Origin: Antedon mediterranea
Taxonomy: Eukaryota > Animalia > Echinodermata
DNA: 64,000 nt
Assembly: GCF_964355755.1 (NCBI RefSeq)
Contig: NC_092676.1
Span: forward strand, 22,276,871 to 22,340,870
Direction of reading: 5' to 3'
Shown: positions 51,701 through 64,000 of the stretch, piece after piece
Layout of the letters: each line of letters opens with the position of its first letter
How positions within the stretch are numbered: the stretch's first letter is position 1
Program-made: the position numbers and the translations under genes
The notes under the pieces: generated by a model
What the model was told of the DNA's origin: nothing
What the model saw: only the letters and a program-made list of their open reading frames with translations
Databases searched by the model: none

Positions 51701-54700
51701 CAGTAGCACAGACAATCCCTCAAACTTTTCAAATGGGGTATGAGGATTGGGGTCATCATCGTATCCATCACCGAGAATAGTATTCATCTGGGGGTAAGTC
51801 AATGGAGCATTTTTTGGTTAAGAGTTCAAAGGTGAGGATGTGCAATCAACCATGCAATAGTACGTTTTACTTTAATACTGACAGATGTTAGTTTGTTACG
51901 ATGGATGATAGAAATTAATTGTATTATACGATGAAAATGAATTGATGATATTAGTAATGAGTCTATCCGCTTGCAATACAATATTAATATAATATTTAAT
52001 ATAACAATGATAAGATGATGGTAACAGCAAATAAATAGATAATGATGGTAATGAATAATGATTATTGTAATAATGAATATAATTGATGATAAAGCTGATG
52101 TTGGTCGTAATACAACAAAATTATTGTTAAATTAATTTTTAATATCTTATGTGATAATTAAATTCATTTTACCAATTACTATAATATACTAGAAAAATGT
52201 ACGTAAATAACAAACAAAAAGAGCAAAATTAATTTTTTATTATTAAAATTCATAAAATGATTATGTTCATATTTGCTGCATTAGATGAGAAGTTTAACAC
52301 AGAAATGGGAAATAATCTTGTTTACTATGACCTATATCTAAAAATACTGAGGTAATTCTCAAATGTTGCCATCATTTTTCATTTTCATTATAAACAATTT
52401 TAATAAAGGAAATCACATATTAACAATATGCGATGACATCACCTTCATCAGTAATATATACACATAAACGTCATGTCATAGTAGTATACAGTACATAAAA
52501 ATGTTTACGCACATGAATATTACGGTTTCTGGTTTCTAGCTATTTTCAAAGTACTTTTAGGTATCATGTCAAAATTATTCTACTGCAGTAACTACATGTT
52601 TTACTGCAATAATGTATGATTTTAATTTGTTTCAATATTGAAGTTTATGAGGCATCACTGTAATAATAACAATGTGTATAATGTTTACCAAAAAAACTTG
52701 CTAAATAATTACATGAACAGGTAAATAGTAAACAAAATGTAGTTACTGCAGTAACTGCAGCAGAATAATGTTGACATGATCCTATGCCCCTTTTACATGA
52801 AAAATAATCTACTCTATATTCTATCACTATTCAACTACGAGGCCTACTATACTCTTGTAAATGCATAGTAAATGCTATATATAGTTTAAACATGCACAAA
52901 TGCTATATAAAATTTAGTTTGAATTATTGCCAAGTGTTGTGTTGTGCTGCTCTCCATAAATAAATCCAGCTAGCCTCTTAAAATGAAACCTAAACAATTT
53001 ATTAAAGTCAATTACTGAAGAAATTACACCGTTGTGGGTATCAGAGATGGAGAGAATAAAGTAAGCAGAAAGCTAAATCAAAACAGTTAAAAAGTAAAAA
53101 CAGCCAGAAACTTAGATTAGAAATAAAGTGCCAAACTTTTCAAAGTAATTAGTAACTTGATGCTTGGCTACCAATTTCAGAGTTCTGGGTTTAAATCCGA
53201 TCACATTTTTTTTTTCTGGCAACAGAAAAAATAAATTCAAGTGGAATTATCATTTTGCCAGAGTATAAATTTAAATTAAAGATGTAAAAGTCTTGGTTTA
53301 AAAAGCAAATGATAATAATTGTTCGTATAATTAATACTTAATACCATAATTGAAAACTGACGGCAAGGTTCACCAGTAACAAGTACTGTTTTTCACTTGA
53401 CTTTAGTTAATCCTTTACAAAGAACAGCACAACACTTAGTATTTGACATGTTTTTACATGGATTGAAATTCAATTTGCGGTTAATGTTTATCTACATGTT
53501 GAAGAAAAGTTGAAATGTTGCACGGAAGAAGGCAAATGAGAAGGGATATGATTTTAATAACATTTTGCCAAGTTGCTTTCTGACACATGATAGGGTACTC
53601 TCTCTCTCTCTCTGCAAGATGTGTCACATTTACTGTTATTAAACTCAAATTTCAAGCCTCAGGCCGAAAACAGAAGCAGTGAAGTGACTAAATACAGGCC
53701 TACAATAAAAAGTGGACTTGTTTTACAGTTAGTTCAACTATACCTCCATGGTTCAAAACACAATATATATCAGTAAAATAACCAAGAATTTAAGAAATTT
53801 TGCGATATAATGTTCCAAAGCAAGAACGTATTATGAATTAGGAATTCAGATCATTTTAAAAGAACATGTCACCATCAAGTTTTTATAAGTACTGTATTTG
53901 TTTCACAAAGGAGAAAAAAGAAGTTTGTTTTTTTCCTTGTAAGATGGAGATGGAATGTGATAAAAAGTCACAAAATTTATGACCTCCAAAATGTCTGGTT
54001 ACATGCTTCCCATTCCTGGTTTCCTTAACCCCTTCCTGCATTCCTGAAATTCCATGTTTACTTTTGATGGGAGCATGTTGCTTACAAAATTGTTCACTTG
54101 GCAACATAGCCCCCAAGACGATTACAGTACTCTCCATTTTCCGCCAATGCATATGTCTATCATATTTAAAAATAAAAGTGGGGAAATGTCTGCAAACAGC
54201 AAGTGAGAACCCATCTATACCAAGATTCAAACTAATGTTCACCAACAAAAACAACTTATATTCAAGAAAACCATAAATAATAAAAGTGTGCGAAATACTT
54301 TCACTGTAACAATAATAGCCTACAGTACTGTAAATAAATGGAGAAAACCTGTATAATTTTATGAAAATAAACAATTTTGCTTATAAAATATTACATAGAT
54401 ATATTGACATCATATTGAATATATTTTCATTAATAAAAAAACATCACATTAAAATTACTTACAGCTATCTACAAAAATGTCAAAATATTGCATCTGGTAT
54501 AAAACAATAGTATATAAGGTTTTAAAAATATATGTAATTTATGAGGTATTAATTAATAAGAAAAATGCACATTAAAATAAACATCATTCATTATGTATGT
54601 TAATAATACCTGTACTTGATGCTATGTATGAAAAAATAAAATGTTGAAATTAATACTAACATACACTTGTCAGTTTGTGTTGAAATCATTAAAATTGAAA

Positions 54701-57700
54701 TGAATATGTAGAAGATACCAGTGGGAGAAACAAAGGAGAAAAAAGAAGAGGTAGGACGTATTATATGTATATATATTATAAACTATTATTATCACAACTT
54801 TTTTACTTTGTATGTATCCAAATTATAAAAGTTATTATTTTCTTAAAATTTATTTTATATTCTAGTATTTGCTTTGCTTTGGGACTGTCCATTAAATCTT
54901 AAACCAGCCAACAAATTGGGTTTTTTTTGGTATGAATTTGAATGTTTTAAATGAGGCTTTGTGACCTTCATATGGTTTCCTGATAATATATTGTCTAATA
55001 AAATTGAATGGTGATATATTGATTTTCTGTTATTGTCTGTTAATAGAATGAGTTTAAATCTATATAAAAAAAAGTTATATAAATGCAACGAAAGGATGAT
55101 AAATTATTAATATCAATTAATAATTGATTTTTACAATTAATAGAATAATATACAGAAGGGGTTAACTTTATTATCAGCACACTGTCTCTGGAATAGTATA
55201 ATATGAAATTGGGTGAAATTTCAGATGGGCTATTTAAGAAGACCAAATTTATGTCACAGTCAACATTCTATTTTGTGAAAAATACTCAACTGTGCTACAA
55301 AAAAAAAATTATGACGATGCCAGGTAGGTGTATCGCAGAATATACCATTATCTAACAGCGGTGTCATTTAAAGTTCTTCTTTTTGTAAATATACCTCTCT
55401 TTGGAGAGATAGAGGCTATTGCTGGTTTATCGAGGGAAGCTAGGCACAATATATTCTGTAGGTACAAACTTGCACCAATACAGTATTCAAAAGTGTGGTA
55501 GTAGGGAAAATTACAACAAAGTCAGTATGGTGATAAAAACCAAAAACACTTTTTTTCTTGCATTGAAATAGTTTGCACTAGTAAAGGGATCATGTCAAAA
55601 TTCTACTGCATTTACTGCAGTAAATACTTTTTTTACTGTAATAACCTATTATGATTTTAGTTTGTTTCAATGAAGAAATTGATGAGGCAAGGAATGCTCC
55701 CTAAATAATTGCATGAACAGGTTCAAGACGGAGTAAACAACATGTAGTTATTGCAGTAACTGCAGTAGATGATGTTTGACATTATCTATAATGATGGATT
55801 GAGAAATGATGTAACATTCAATATTAGGAATGAAAATAAAACAAAAATGATGAATGATGACATACATGCTATGCAAAATAAAAATAAGAATGGTTATGAA
55901 AAATGATGAAATAATATTTACATATCAAAAGGTATGATTTAACAATGTTGACAATATTTTATTCCAAGACAATTAAATCATAAAACATTATAAATTTATA
56001 AAATATTTGAAAAATTCTTTCTGAATTTTCTCAATTTCAATCTAATTAACATAAAATAGATTGATGTTTTGGTTGATTATAATAGTGTCAACATTAAATA
56101 ATAAACTTTAAAATAATACATGTTAAAAATACCTCAAATTGTTAATATAATCATTGCAACATTTTATTCGAGTTGAAGACAGTAAAATTTGCATTTTAAA
56201 AACAGATTTAATAAATATAACATTATCCTTTTGTTGCTATCAAACAATAATTTTGTTTAATTGACATGACATACATTTTTGTTAATCATAAATTTCAATG
56301 TCTTCGGTTTTTCTACATAAAATGTATACAATATGCAATCTCTTTGAAGTTATAAGATAAATGTGTCCATAATGTAGATATTACAATGAAAATGAGGGAT
56401 TGGTGGCTCACTTCAAGCATGCCTACTGCTGAATAAATCAGCTCTTCCTATAAAAATTCTTTTTTTAAGGGATTGGAGCTGGCCCTGTTTTATGTTTTAT
56501 ATTCATGTTTTACACAACACACCCAACCACATCCCCACAGCGGATGCACATTAAGGTTTTATTTAAAGCAGTTTGATACAAAGAGGGCCTACAGATAGGA
56601 ACCCTGATTGAAACAACAGGCTTTCCTTCCTATAACAAAGAAGACAAAACCAAATCATCTGTATTTTTGCATCAAGACATATTTATATTACCACTTCAAA
56701 GAGAGATCAATGAATACAAGAACAGAGAAAAGACCCACCTGTGCAAGATCCATTAACATCTGACACTCATCTACAGTCGTTAAGCTGTCCGCTACGACAC
56801 GATTTTCCCCTTTTAATGACGCACCATTCTCGACAATCTTCAAACCTTGCAGCAGTGCAGCAGCCTTCTTCAACTTTTTAGCTTTCCTACTGCTGACTTT
56901 TTTCTCTGCATCTTCTTTTCCACCATTTTTATCATCAACCGCTCCGTTTTGTTTGTTTTTAGTTCTTTCGCCCGTTTTCTCTTCCCCGGGGGACTGAGAT
57001 GGGCGCTCACCTAAAAAATGACCATTATCTTCTGAATCTTTATCTGAGATATCAACAACTACATTGTCTTCTTCTTTTCCAATATCTTTTTTATTATCTT
57101 CACTCTTCTTTTCTTTTTCATCAGCTTTATTCTCCTTACTTTCTTCTTTAATGTTATCTTCCTTCTTTTCATTATCATCCTCCTCATCATCTTCGTCATC
57201 CTCCTCATCCAGGTCTTCACTATATTTGTCTCTTGCATTTTCCAATTCTTTGCCTCGTTCTATTAGTTCTTCTATTTCCTTGTTATTGTCATCTTCCTCC
57301 ATGTATTCGTCTACAGTGGGTTTCTCATATGGGTCATCATACATCTGTATATACAGTATATAGGATTATATTGGAAACTGAACAAAACATGTCAAAATGT
57401 GATCATCTATAACATAACAGCAGTAGTGCCAATAATAATTGTAATATCTCTACCTAAACAGTCAGGCTGATACTCATAGTTTTAAAAAGAGTTAGCTACC
57501 TTTATTATGGATATACAGTAGTGCCATGCCAAACCTTACTCTTATACTATTCCTAAACCATGAATGTCAACATTTTGTACAATGTTTTGTACTTTTTGGG
57601 GCCAATACCCATGTCGTTCTCGCACCTTCATTCCCCTAAAATATCAAGGCTATGTTTCACTGTAGAACTGACAGAAGACTGAACATTTTTATGAGCACTT

Positions 57701-60700
57701 TGGAAATTATAGGCCATCTTTCATACATAAGGTTAATATTAACAGTGGTTGTGGTGCTATTTAGGTTTTCATACAATCCTGGTATTACACCAAAGCCAGG
57801 ACTGGTAACTGTTACTAATTTTCACTGAATACTTACATCACCATCCTCCCCCCAGAATTTCATACGAGCATAAGCAAGCATTTTCTTTTCCATTAGAATT
57901 TGATTATAATATAAATCCGCATCCTCACGGGGTTGGATGTCCTGTTTGTCGTCTGCTCCCACGTGTAAGTAGTACCTCATGTTAGACTTCATTACTTCGT
58001 CCTCCGGAGAAAACAACAAATAGGTGAGAGCGTTTTGTGCAGCATTTATCAAATCTTCAACTGAAAAGAAAAGATTTTAAAGCAATAACTTGTATTATTA
58101 GATAGTGAAAAAAATGATAGTGACAAAAATGATAGTGACAAAAATGATGGTGACAAAAATGAAGGTGACAAAGATGATGGTGACAAAGATGATGGTTACA
58201 AAGATTATGGTGACAAAGAGGAATGTGACAAAGATGATGTTGATAAAAATGTTGAAAAAGATGAAGGTGACAAAGATGAAGGTGAAATTGATGATGGTGA
58301 CAAAGAGGATGGTGAAAAAGATGATGGGTCACAAAGAGGATGGTGACAAAGAAGATGACTTGACGATGAAGCTGATAAAGATGATGGTAATGTCAATGGT
58401 GACAAAGATGATGGGACAAAGGAAATGGTGACATGACAAATATGATGGTGACAATAATGGTGACAAATTGAGGAGCTTATTGGATATTTGGTTTTTAACA
58501 ATAAATAATGTTTAATATTGAATAAACACAAACCTTTGAAATATGCAAACTGTAAGAAGTGAAAATGTTGTGGTAAATACTTTTCATATTCTGCACCTTC
58601 AAAATTAGCTAACACTGATTCACAGCCTTCTTTACAATGTAACGTTGATGCATAATGATCTGAAGTTAAACATTCATATCATAAATTTTAAATGTTCACC
58701 TGAATGAACTGTGTTCTATCGCCAGTATTCTTAAACCGAACATTACAGTATATGAAGTCACCTACTGTACGAATCTAAATCTTAATTCTATAAGATTTAC
58801 TGTTTTTGCTTGTTTAAAAAAAATATAATTTAAATTCATACAAAAATTTGTATCCACTTTTTTAATCTTCATTAAAATACATTAAACACAATTTTATATG
58901 TAATACTAAAAAATGGTCTATGATTTTTGTGTTTTCGTTTTTATGTGCACATCCATTGATATTTATCATTAATTATTAATATAATTATTTTTAACTATAT
59001 ACTATAAGGCTATTCAAATTTCTAAATGTCAGTCTTTGATGGTCTTTTTGTAATGTATATTTTTATATATTTTATACCAAATTTATTTGTAATAAAAAAT
59101 GTCCATTGAATAGATTTTTTTATCTGTTGAACATCTGTTCAGTTTTACTAACAATTGATTATTTAATTGAGAAGAAAAAAAACCATATTACATACATTAA
59201 AAACTATACTTTGGGACACTCCTATTCAGTGGACACTTTCTTGTGAAACCAACAAAAGGAACTATATGTTTAACCCTTCGGCCAATCACTATTCAGGGTT
59301 CACCTCTATTAACGGGACACTCTGTTTGGTCCTAAAGGTTTCAACTTAATAGGGGTTCAACTGTATTAGACAGAATCTAAAAAAAAAACTGGGAAAATGA
59401 GTCAGATGAATTCTAAAACTGACTATAATAACCAACAACTTTTATTATTCAATTTAATTATAATGATATGCATTAACAACAGGAAGAGGGGAAGGTCAGG
59501 TAATAAATGGAGCAAAAATTAAATACTCATTATAATATATTATAGTATTACTTCCACTCTACTGGACAGAAAAGTATTTTTAGAAACCAGCCTTGGGGTA
59601 GTTCTTCAATGAAAGTGTGACCATAGTACTATTTCATGAAGATCAGAGTTCTTGGTTGATTGATTGATGATTGATAGTCTAGACTATTGAACAAGAAGTA
59701 TACTAAACTGAAAACCTCCCAAAAAAATAACCTGCAATTTTCCCTATAGTTTGGATTGACAATGTGTATAGTGGTGTTTGGCATTCATATCTACCAACCA
59801 TTTTAGTAAATCGGAAATAAAAGAAACTATAGCTAATGACCATAGAAATGTATTTTAAGAAAAACGAAAATTACAAGAGAATCACTTTAAAAATTAGGAA
59901 TTTATAATTTTAAGAGATCCTGATTATTATGGTATATTTGTAATAGTGTTGGGAAATTGAAGTTGAAACACTTTTTTCTACCCACGGGTCTATTTGTTTT
60001 ATCTAAAAATTAAATAAAACAAAAATAAAAAATAAAACTTGGTTTCTCTGCAGGCTCCAAAATTAATGGTTAGCTTTAAATTAGAAAATCTCCCTTGATT
60101 TTAGACAATAACAAATTTGGAATTTAAGAGCAATTAAAAACAAGAAAAAAGTTTTACAGTAACTTAATCTTACTAGATATTGCTTCGTAAAGATCTAGAA
60201 AATCTCTATCGTCGTATTTTCCTTCGCACAGTGCACGGCACTCTAAATCAGCTACCCAGTAAGCCTTGAGGGACTCTTCCATCTCATAAATAACACCTGT
60301 CCAGTTCTGTGCTTGATAATAGTCCAAACCTTTCCTAAAATGTGCCTGCAGAAAATTATATAAAAATTGTAAAATAATGTTTGATTTGAGGTTGATCAAC
60401 TTGATGTGATGTATTTGGTGGATTTTATTTACAACTTGTACTCTGACAGCTGTATGCAAAAATATGTTGTTTCAAACATTGAACCCAGTGGGTCAATCTC
60501 ATGTCATCTGAATATGATATCACCTTAGAACAAATCGAGTGTGGCTAAATTGGTTGCATTTGAAATGGCTATAAATCATCAGGTAAAGTTGCTGAGTGTT
60601 GAAGTACTTTTACCTTTTTACTATGAATACTGTAAACCTGGTGATCCATTGACTTTTACCACATGGTATCAATGTATCTGATGTGGTCAAAAATTAACTT

Positions 60701-61850
60701 ACTTACTAGGAGAGGAGGACTGCACAAAGTCAACTGTCTCAAAACCAGACAGCAGATCCAAAATAGTCTGGTCTAGGTTTTCAGAATAAAGTAGAAAAGA
60801 ATTTGGGATATTTGAGATCTTTTGGAAATTTGTCTTCATTGAGACAGTACTTGATGCAATTCTTACTCAACTTTTTACCAAACCAGTACATACGGTACCT
60901 TATGCAGCTCTTAATCTACTTCAATACCAAGTCAGTACTTACTTGATGCAACTCTTACTCCACTTTTTTACCAAGTCAGTACTTTACTTGATGCAACTCT
61001 TACTCCACTTTTTTACCAAGTCAGTACTTTACTTGATGCAACTCTTACTCCACTTTTTTACCAAGTCAGTACTTACTTGATGCAACTCTTACTCCACTTT
61101 TTTACCAAGTCAGTACTTTACTTGATGCAACTCTTACTCCACTTTTTTACCAAGTCAGTACTTTACTTGATGCAACTCTTACTCCACTTTTTTACCAAGT
61201 CAGTACTTACTTGATGCAACTCTTACTCCACTTTTTTACCAAGTCAGTACTTTACTTGATGCAACTCTTACTCCACTTTTTTGCCAAGTCAGTACTTTAC
61301 TTGATGCAACTCTTACTCCACTTTTTTACCAAGTCAGTACTTTACTTGATGCAACTCTTACTCCACTTTTTTACCAAGTCAGTACTTTACTTGATGCAAC
61401 TCTTACTCCACTTTTTTACCAAGTCAGTACTTACTTGATGCAACTCTTACTCAACTTTTTTGCCAAGTCAGTACTTTACTTGATGCAACTCTTACTCAAC
61501 TTTTTTACCAAACCAGTACTTAATTGATGCAACTCAATACTCCACTTTTTTTAGTAAGTCAGTCCTTACTTGATCCAACTCTTACTCCACTTCTTTACCA
61601 AGTCAGTACCTACTTTATCCAACTCCCTCCACTTCTTTACCAAACCAGAACTTACCTGATGTAGCTCTTACTCTACTTCCGAGTCTGAGCCAGTACTTAC
61701 TTGATGTAACTCTTGCTCCAAATCTACAAATGCTTCTTTACTTGCTGAAATTGACTCATAATATTCCAGATTACTTTTCATAATGTCATCTTGCGGGTTG
61801 CCTTGTAGATATGTATAAGCAGCTGACATGGCTTTATCATACTGGAAATC
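48745..61850 (-). CDS. Prolyl 3-hydroxylase (leprecan/P3H family), 5' end outside the window. Exons 61850-61701, 60345-60174, 58659-58534, 58060-57837, 57344-56739, [51787-51692 or 51258-51163], 49875-49725, 49239-49052, 48954-48745
   Basis: ECRALCEG, LHCKEGCE, HFHFLQFAYFK (leprecan/CRTAP-like N-terminal half); RVVAD...ECQML; GDGY...PHT; SYTHLACRT; SHPVHADNC (HxD); RDWSAIMYL...FEGGEFIF; PKCGRIVAFSAGKENLHGV...GRRCAMALWFT; C-terminal KTEL ER-retrieval-like signal. All phases are consistent. Orthology among P3H1/2/3 is not resolvable by eye. Confidence 0.93.
49480..49662. mobile_element. Probable Harbinger-type MITE in a P3H intron
   Basis: AGGGTCTTTCACACCTGT ... ACAGGTGAGACAGAACCT imperfect TIRs with TTA flanks. 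Confidence 0.5.
51163..51258 (-). CDS. P3H alternative exon B (96 nt, phase 0-0)
   Basis: TTCCTTTCCAG|GHAYPGDGYEGNPHPHTENENFKGIDVLEVVL|GTAAGT. Confidence 0.85.
51692..51787 (-). CDS. P3H alternative exon A (96 nt, phase 0-0)
   Basis: TTACCCCCAG|MNTILGDGYDDDPNPHTPFEKFEGLSVLLVAM|GTGAGT. Confidence 0.85.
52563..52781. mobile_element. MITE-like element; a second copy lies at ~55588-55786
   Basis: ATCATGTCAAAATTATTCTACTGCAG ... CTGCAGCAGAATAATGTTGACATGAT inverted ends. Internal sequence is shared between the two copies. Confidence 0.6.
58100..58470. repeat. Degenerate 15-bp intronic repeat (GATGGTGACAAAGAT)
   Basis: Directly visible; lies between P3H exons 58534-58659 and 57837-58060. Confidence 0.85.
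60845..61720 (-). repeat. 42/43-bp minisatellite (~20 copies) derived from the P3H exon 3' end plus 5' splice site
   Basis: Minus-strand unit TGGAGTAAGAGTTGCATCAA-GTA(A)AGTACTGACTTGGTAAAAAAG versus the real junction TGGAGCAAGAGTTACATCAA|GTAAGTACTGGC. Confidence 0.92.
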
Positions 61851-63131
61851 CTGTAAAGAAGAAATAAAAACAAAACGTTAAAACTTTGACTACAAATACA
61901 ATGAAATTACTAACAATCAGTTGTTTTTTTGAGTATAAAAGAAATTCAATATTTTGTGTTTGAAGGAAAGATAAATTTAATTTGATTTATTTTACATGTG
62001 TCAAAAATTGTTAATCTCATGTTTTCAGTCTTCATACATTATGTCTAGAATGCTGGTTTTTACATCCTCATTTTAGCTGACTTAAAATAACAAGGAATAA
62101 ATGGGGGAAAATTCATCAGAAATTTCATTCATCCTAGTCGAATAAACATCAACAAGAAGCAATGCCCTATCAAATGAATGTTATGTTGGTTCATTTTCTT
62201 GTACACACTACTAATCTATTGAAAGTGCAAGACAAATCATTTCATAACTGTCAAATACAAACAGCAAAAGAAAAAAAAACACCATCCTTTATTTTTCATA
62301 ATAATTTAATTTGAATATTGGAAATTGGCTGTGAAACCATTAGGGACATCGTACATTAACAGCATGACTATGTCTTCAAACATGTAAAAAATATCCAGAC
62401 CTATTACACTTGTCTCCTGAGAATGTCCTTATGTCTTCATATCAAAACAAGCTAAGTGAATTTCAGGACGATTTGCATGGAATTATTGACTGCTACGATA
62501 AGCATGTACAATTTTCAGAATCATAATCATGCCAAGTTGATCATAAAACAAAACTAAACGTTATAAGGTGCACACATTTTATCTAATATGTTACAGTCCA
62601 AAAAATTGTGTTTTTTTATGAATAAAACAATTGGTAAACAACAAAATTTATTGTAAATTATAATGGAAATCGGTTTGAAAACCCCAATTTGATAAGGTCA
62701 GTGACTGGCACGAACATTTGACTACTTTCTGTGGAATTTAGCTGACCAGTTCGTGAACGGTATCGTGTCTAGCTAGTAATAATAAACGTCATGCAGTAAC
62801 AGGCCCATATCATAGTAACTAAACTCCTATATTAACTTTATTTTAAATAAAATTATACTGTAGATTGATAATTAAACAGTTTTAGGGTTTTTAGTTAGTT
62901 TTTACAATTATGAGAATTACATTAAGAATCACATGTGACTTTTTTTGAATTAAGTTTTCTTTACCTACAGTATAGATCTAAAATATTACACTTACTTCAC
63001 TTTAGAATGTCCTTTGGTAATAGAAATAAAAAGTCACATCAATAAAATTTGAGAAAAAAAAGTTGTAATTCATAACCTATTGTAACTAATGATTTACATC
63101 CGTTGTTATGGATATTTTCCAAAAACTCTAA

Positions 63132-63282
63132 AGCTTGGTTTCCACTTACACGTAATACAAGCTAAGTAAGTAATATCACCAATCACTGTGCGATAGCTGC
63201 TCATCCAAATTGTCGCTTATGATTGGTCAACTCACTTGCATTGGGGTTATGGCTACATTGCATCGTAGTGGGAACCAAAGTT
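63132..63282. mobile_element. Decayed MITE
   Basis: AAGCTTGGTTTCCACT ... AGTGGGAACCAAAGTT imperfect TIRs. Confidence 0.5.
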
Positions 63283-63504
63283 GACAACAACAAAATTGGG
63301 TCAGTAAAAGTTTGGTTTATGCTAATCATAAGGGTATGGCTGATGGATTCCACAGTGTCTTATGGTATTAAGCAATAGGAAACATCTGCCAGTGTTTTAC
63401 TACTGTATGTTAGCACACTATATGATTGTTTATAAATGGAAACAACCCTGATGGTCAGCAACATTTGTTGTTGTTTCGGTTGGTGAGCAAACAACTGATT
63501 ATAA

Positions 63505-63651
63505 AGCTCTGTCTACACTATCAAACTTCATGTGGCGAAAAAAAATGTGATGTGCCTATATACAGTATGGACATGATGATGTCATATCACTACCACATTT
63601 GGCCACGTCACACTTTTTTTGTCAAATTAGTTTGATAGTGTAGACAGAGCT
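63505..63651. mobile_element. PIF/Harbinger-type MITE, intact
   Basis: Perfect 23-bp TIR AGCTCTGTCTACACTATCAAACT and TAA TSD. Related copies at 9617-9713 and ~24819-24956. Confidence 0.85.
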
Positions 63652-64000
63652 TAAGTAAGGTTAATCCAATGACATAGAAAGACTGCAACATGTTCATGCA
63701 GGTCTGGTTCACAGTGAGGAAATATATCTAATGGAGAATAAAATAATGAACAGCTAGGTTAATTACTGTAGCACATATTCACACACACTGGACAACACGC
63801 TTGTGTGTGATAATGGACAGAACTGCTCCTCACTATCATGTATTGGTCTGTATAGTCGTGCCCAAAGATGCTCAAAAGTCAATAACTTTTAAGCGAATAT
63901 AATGTGCTATCTTAAAAAATATATATTTAAATTAGTGTCCTGGTCTTTACCATTGTTGACAGGATGCCTGATGATAAAGGTTAATCCACAATTAATTCCT

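Noticed and set aside
54900-54995. Possible third copy of the P3H alternative exon (TATGAAGGTCAC...CCTCAT)
   Set aside because: Only weak word similarity. The GDGY/PHT frame is not preserved and I found no matching 96-nt phase 0-0 boundaries.
58057-58431. His/Cys-rich and Met/Lys-rich ORFs
   Set aside because: Products of a degenerate 15-bp intronic repeat.
61211-61438. Repetitive ORF (MQLLLHFFTKSVLYL)n
   Set aside because: Antisense read-through of the splice-donor minisatellite.

Overview
AT-rich eukaryotic (metazoan) DNA with spliceosomal introns, most likely from a marine invertebrate. The DED-NACHT-LRR receptor and the somatomedin-B/Methuselah-like GPCR family suggest an echinoderm, but that is inference. 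Left to right: (1) the end of a tandem array of about 30 tRNA-Arg(ACG) genes and pseudogenes (181-bp unit, 7-unit higher-order repeat, minus strand). (2) A complete SAP30BP/HCNGP gene with 7 coding exons and a GC-AG intron. One of its introns holds an unusual Ty3/gypsy-derived LTR-PBS-gag element bounded by perfect 28-bp terminal inverted repeats and a 5-bp TSD. (3) A frameshifted tandem-DED-NACHT-LRR NLR gene. (4) A non-autonomous hAT element. (5) Two tandem SMB-domain class-B-like GPCR paralogs. (6) An 11-kb hairpin-satellite domain with nested DIRS, RTE and RTEX-like retroelement fragments. (7) The 3' part of a prolyl 3-hydroxylase (P3H/leprecan) gene with two duplicated 96-nt, probably mutually exclusive, exons and an intronic minisatellite built from its own exon end and splice donor. 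All exon models were read by eye from splice signals and recalled protein homology; no searches were run.
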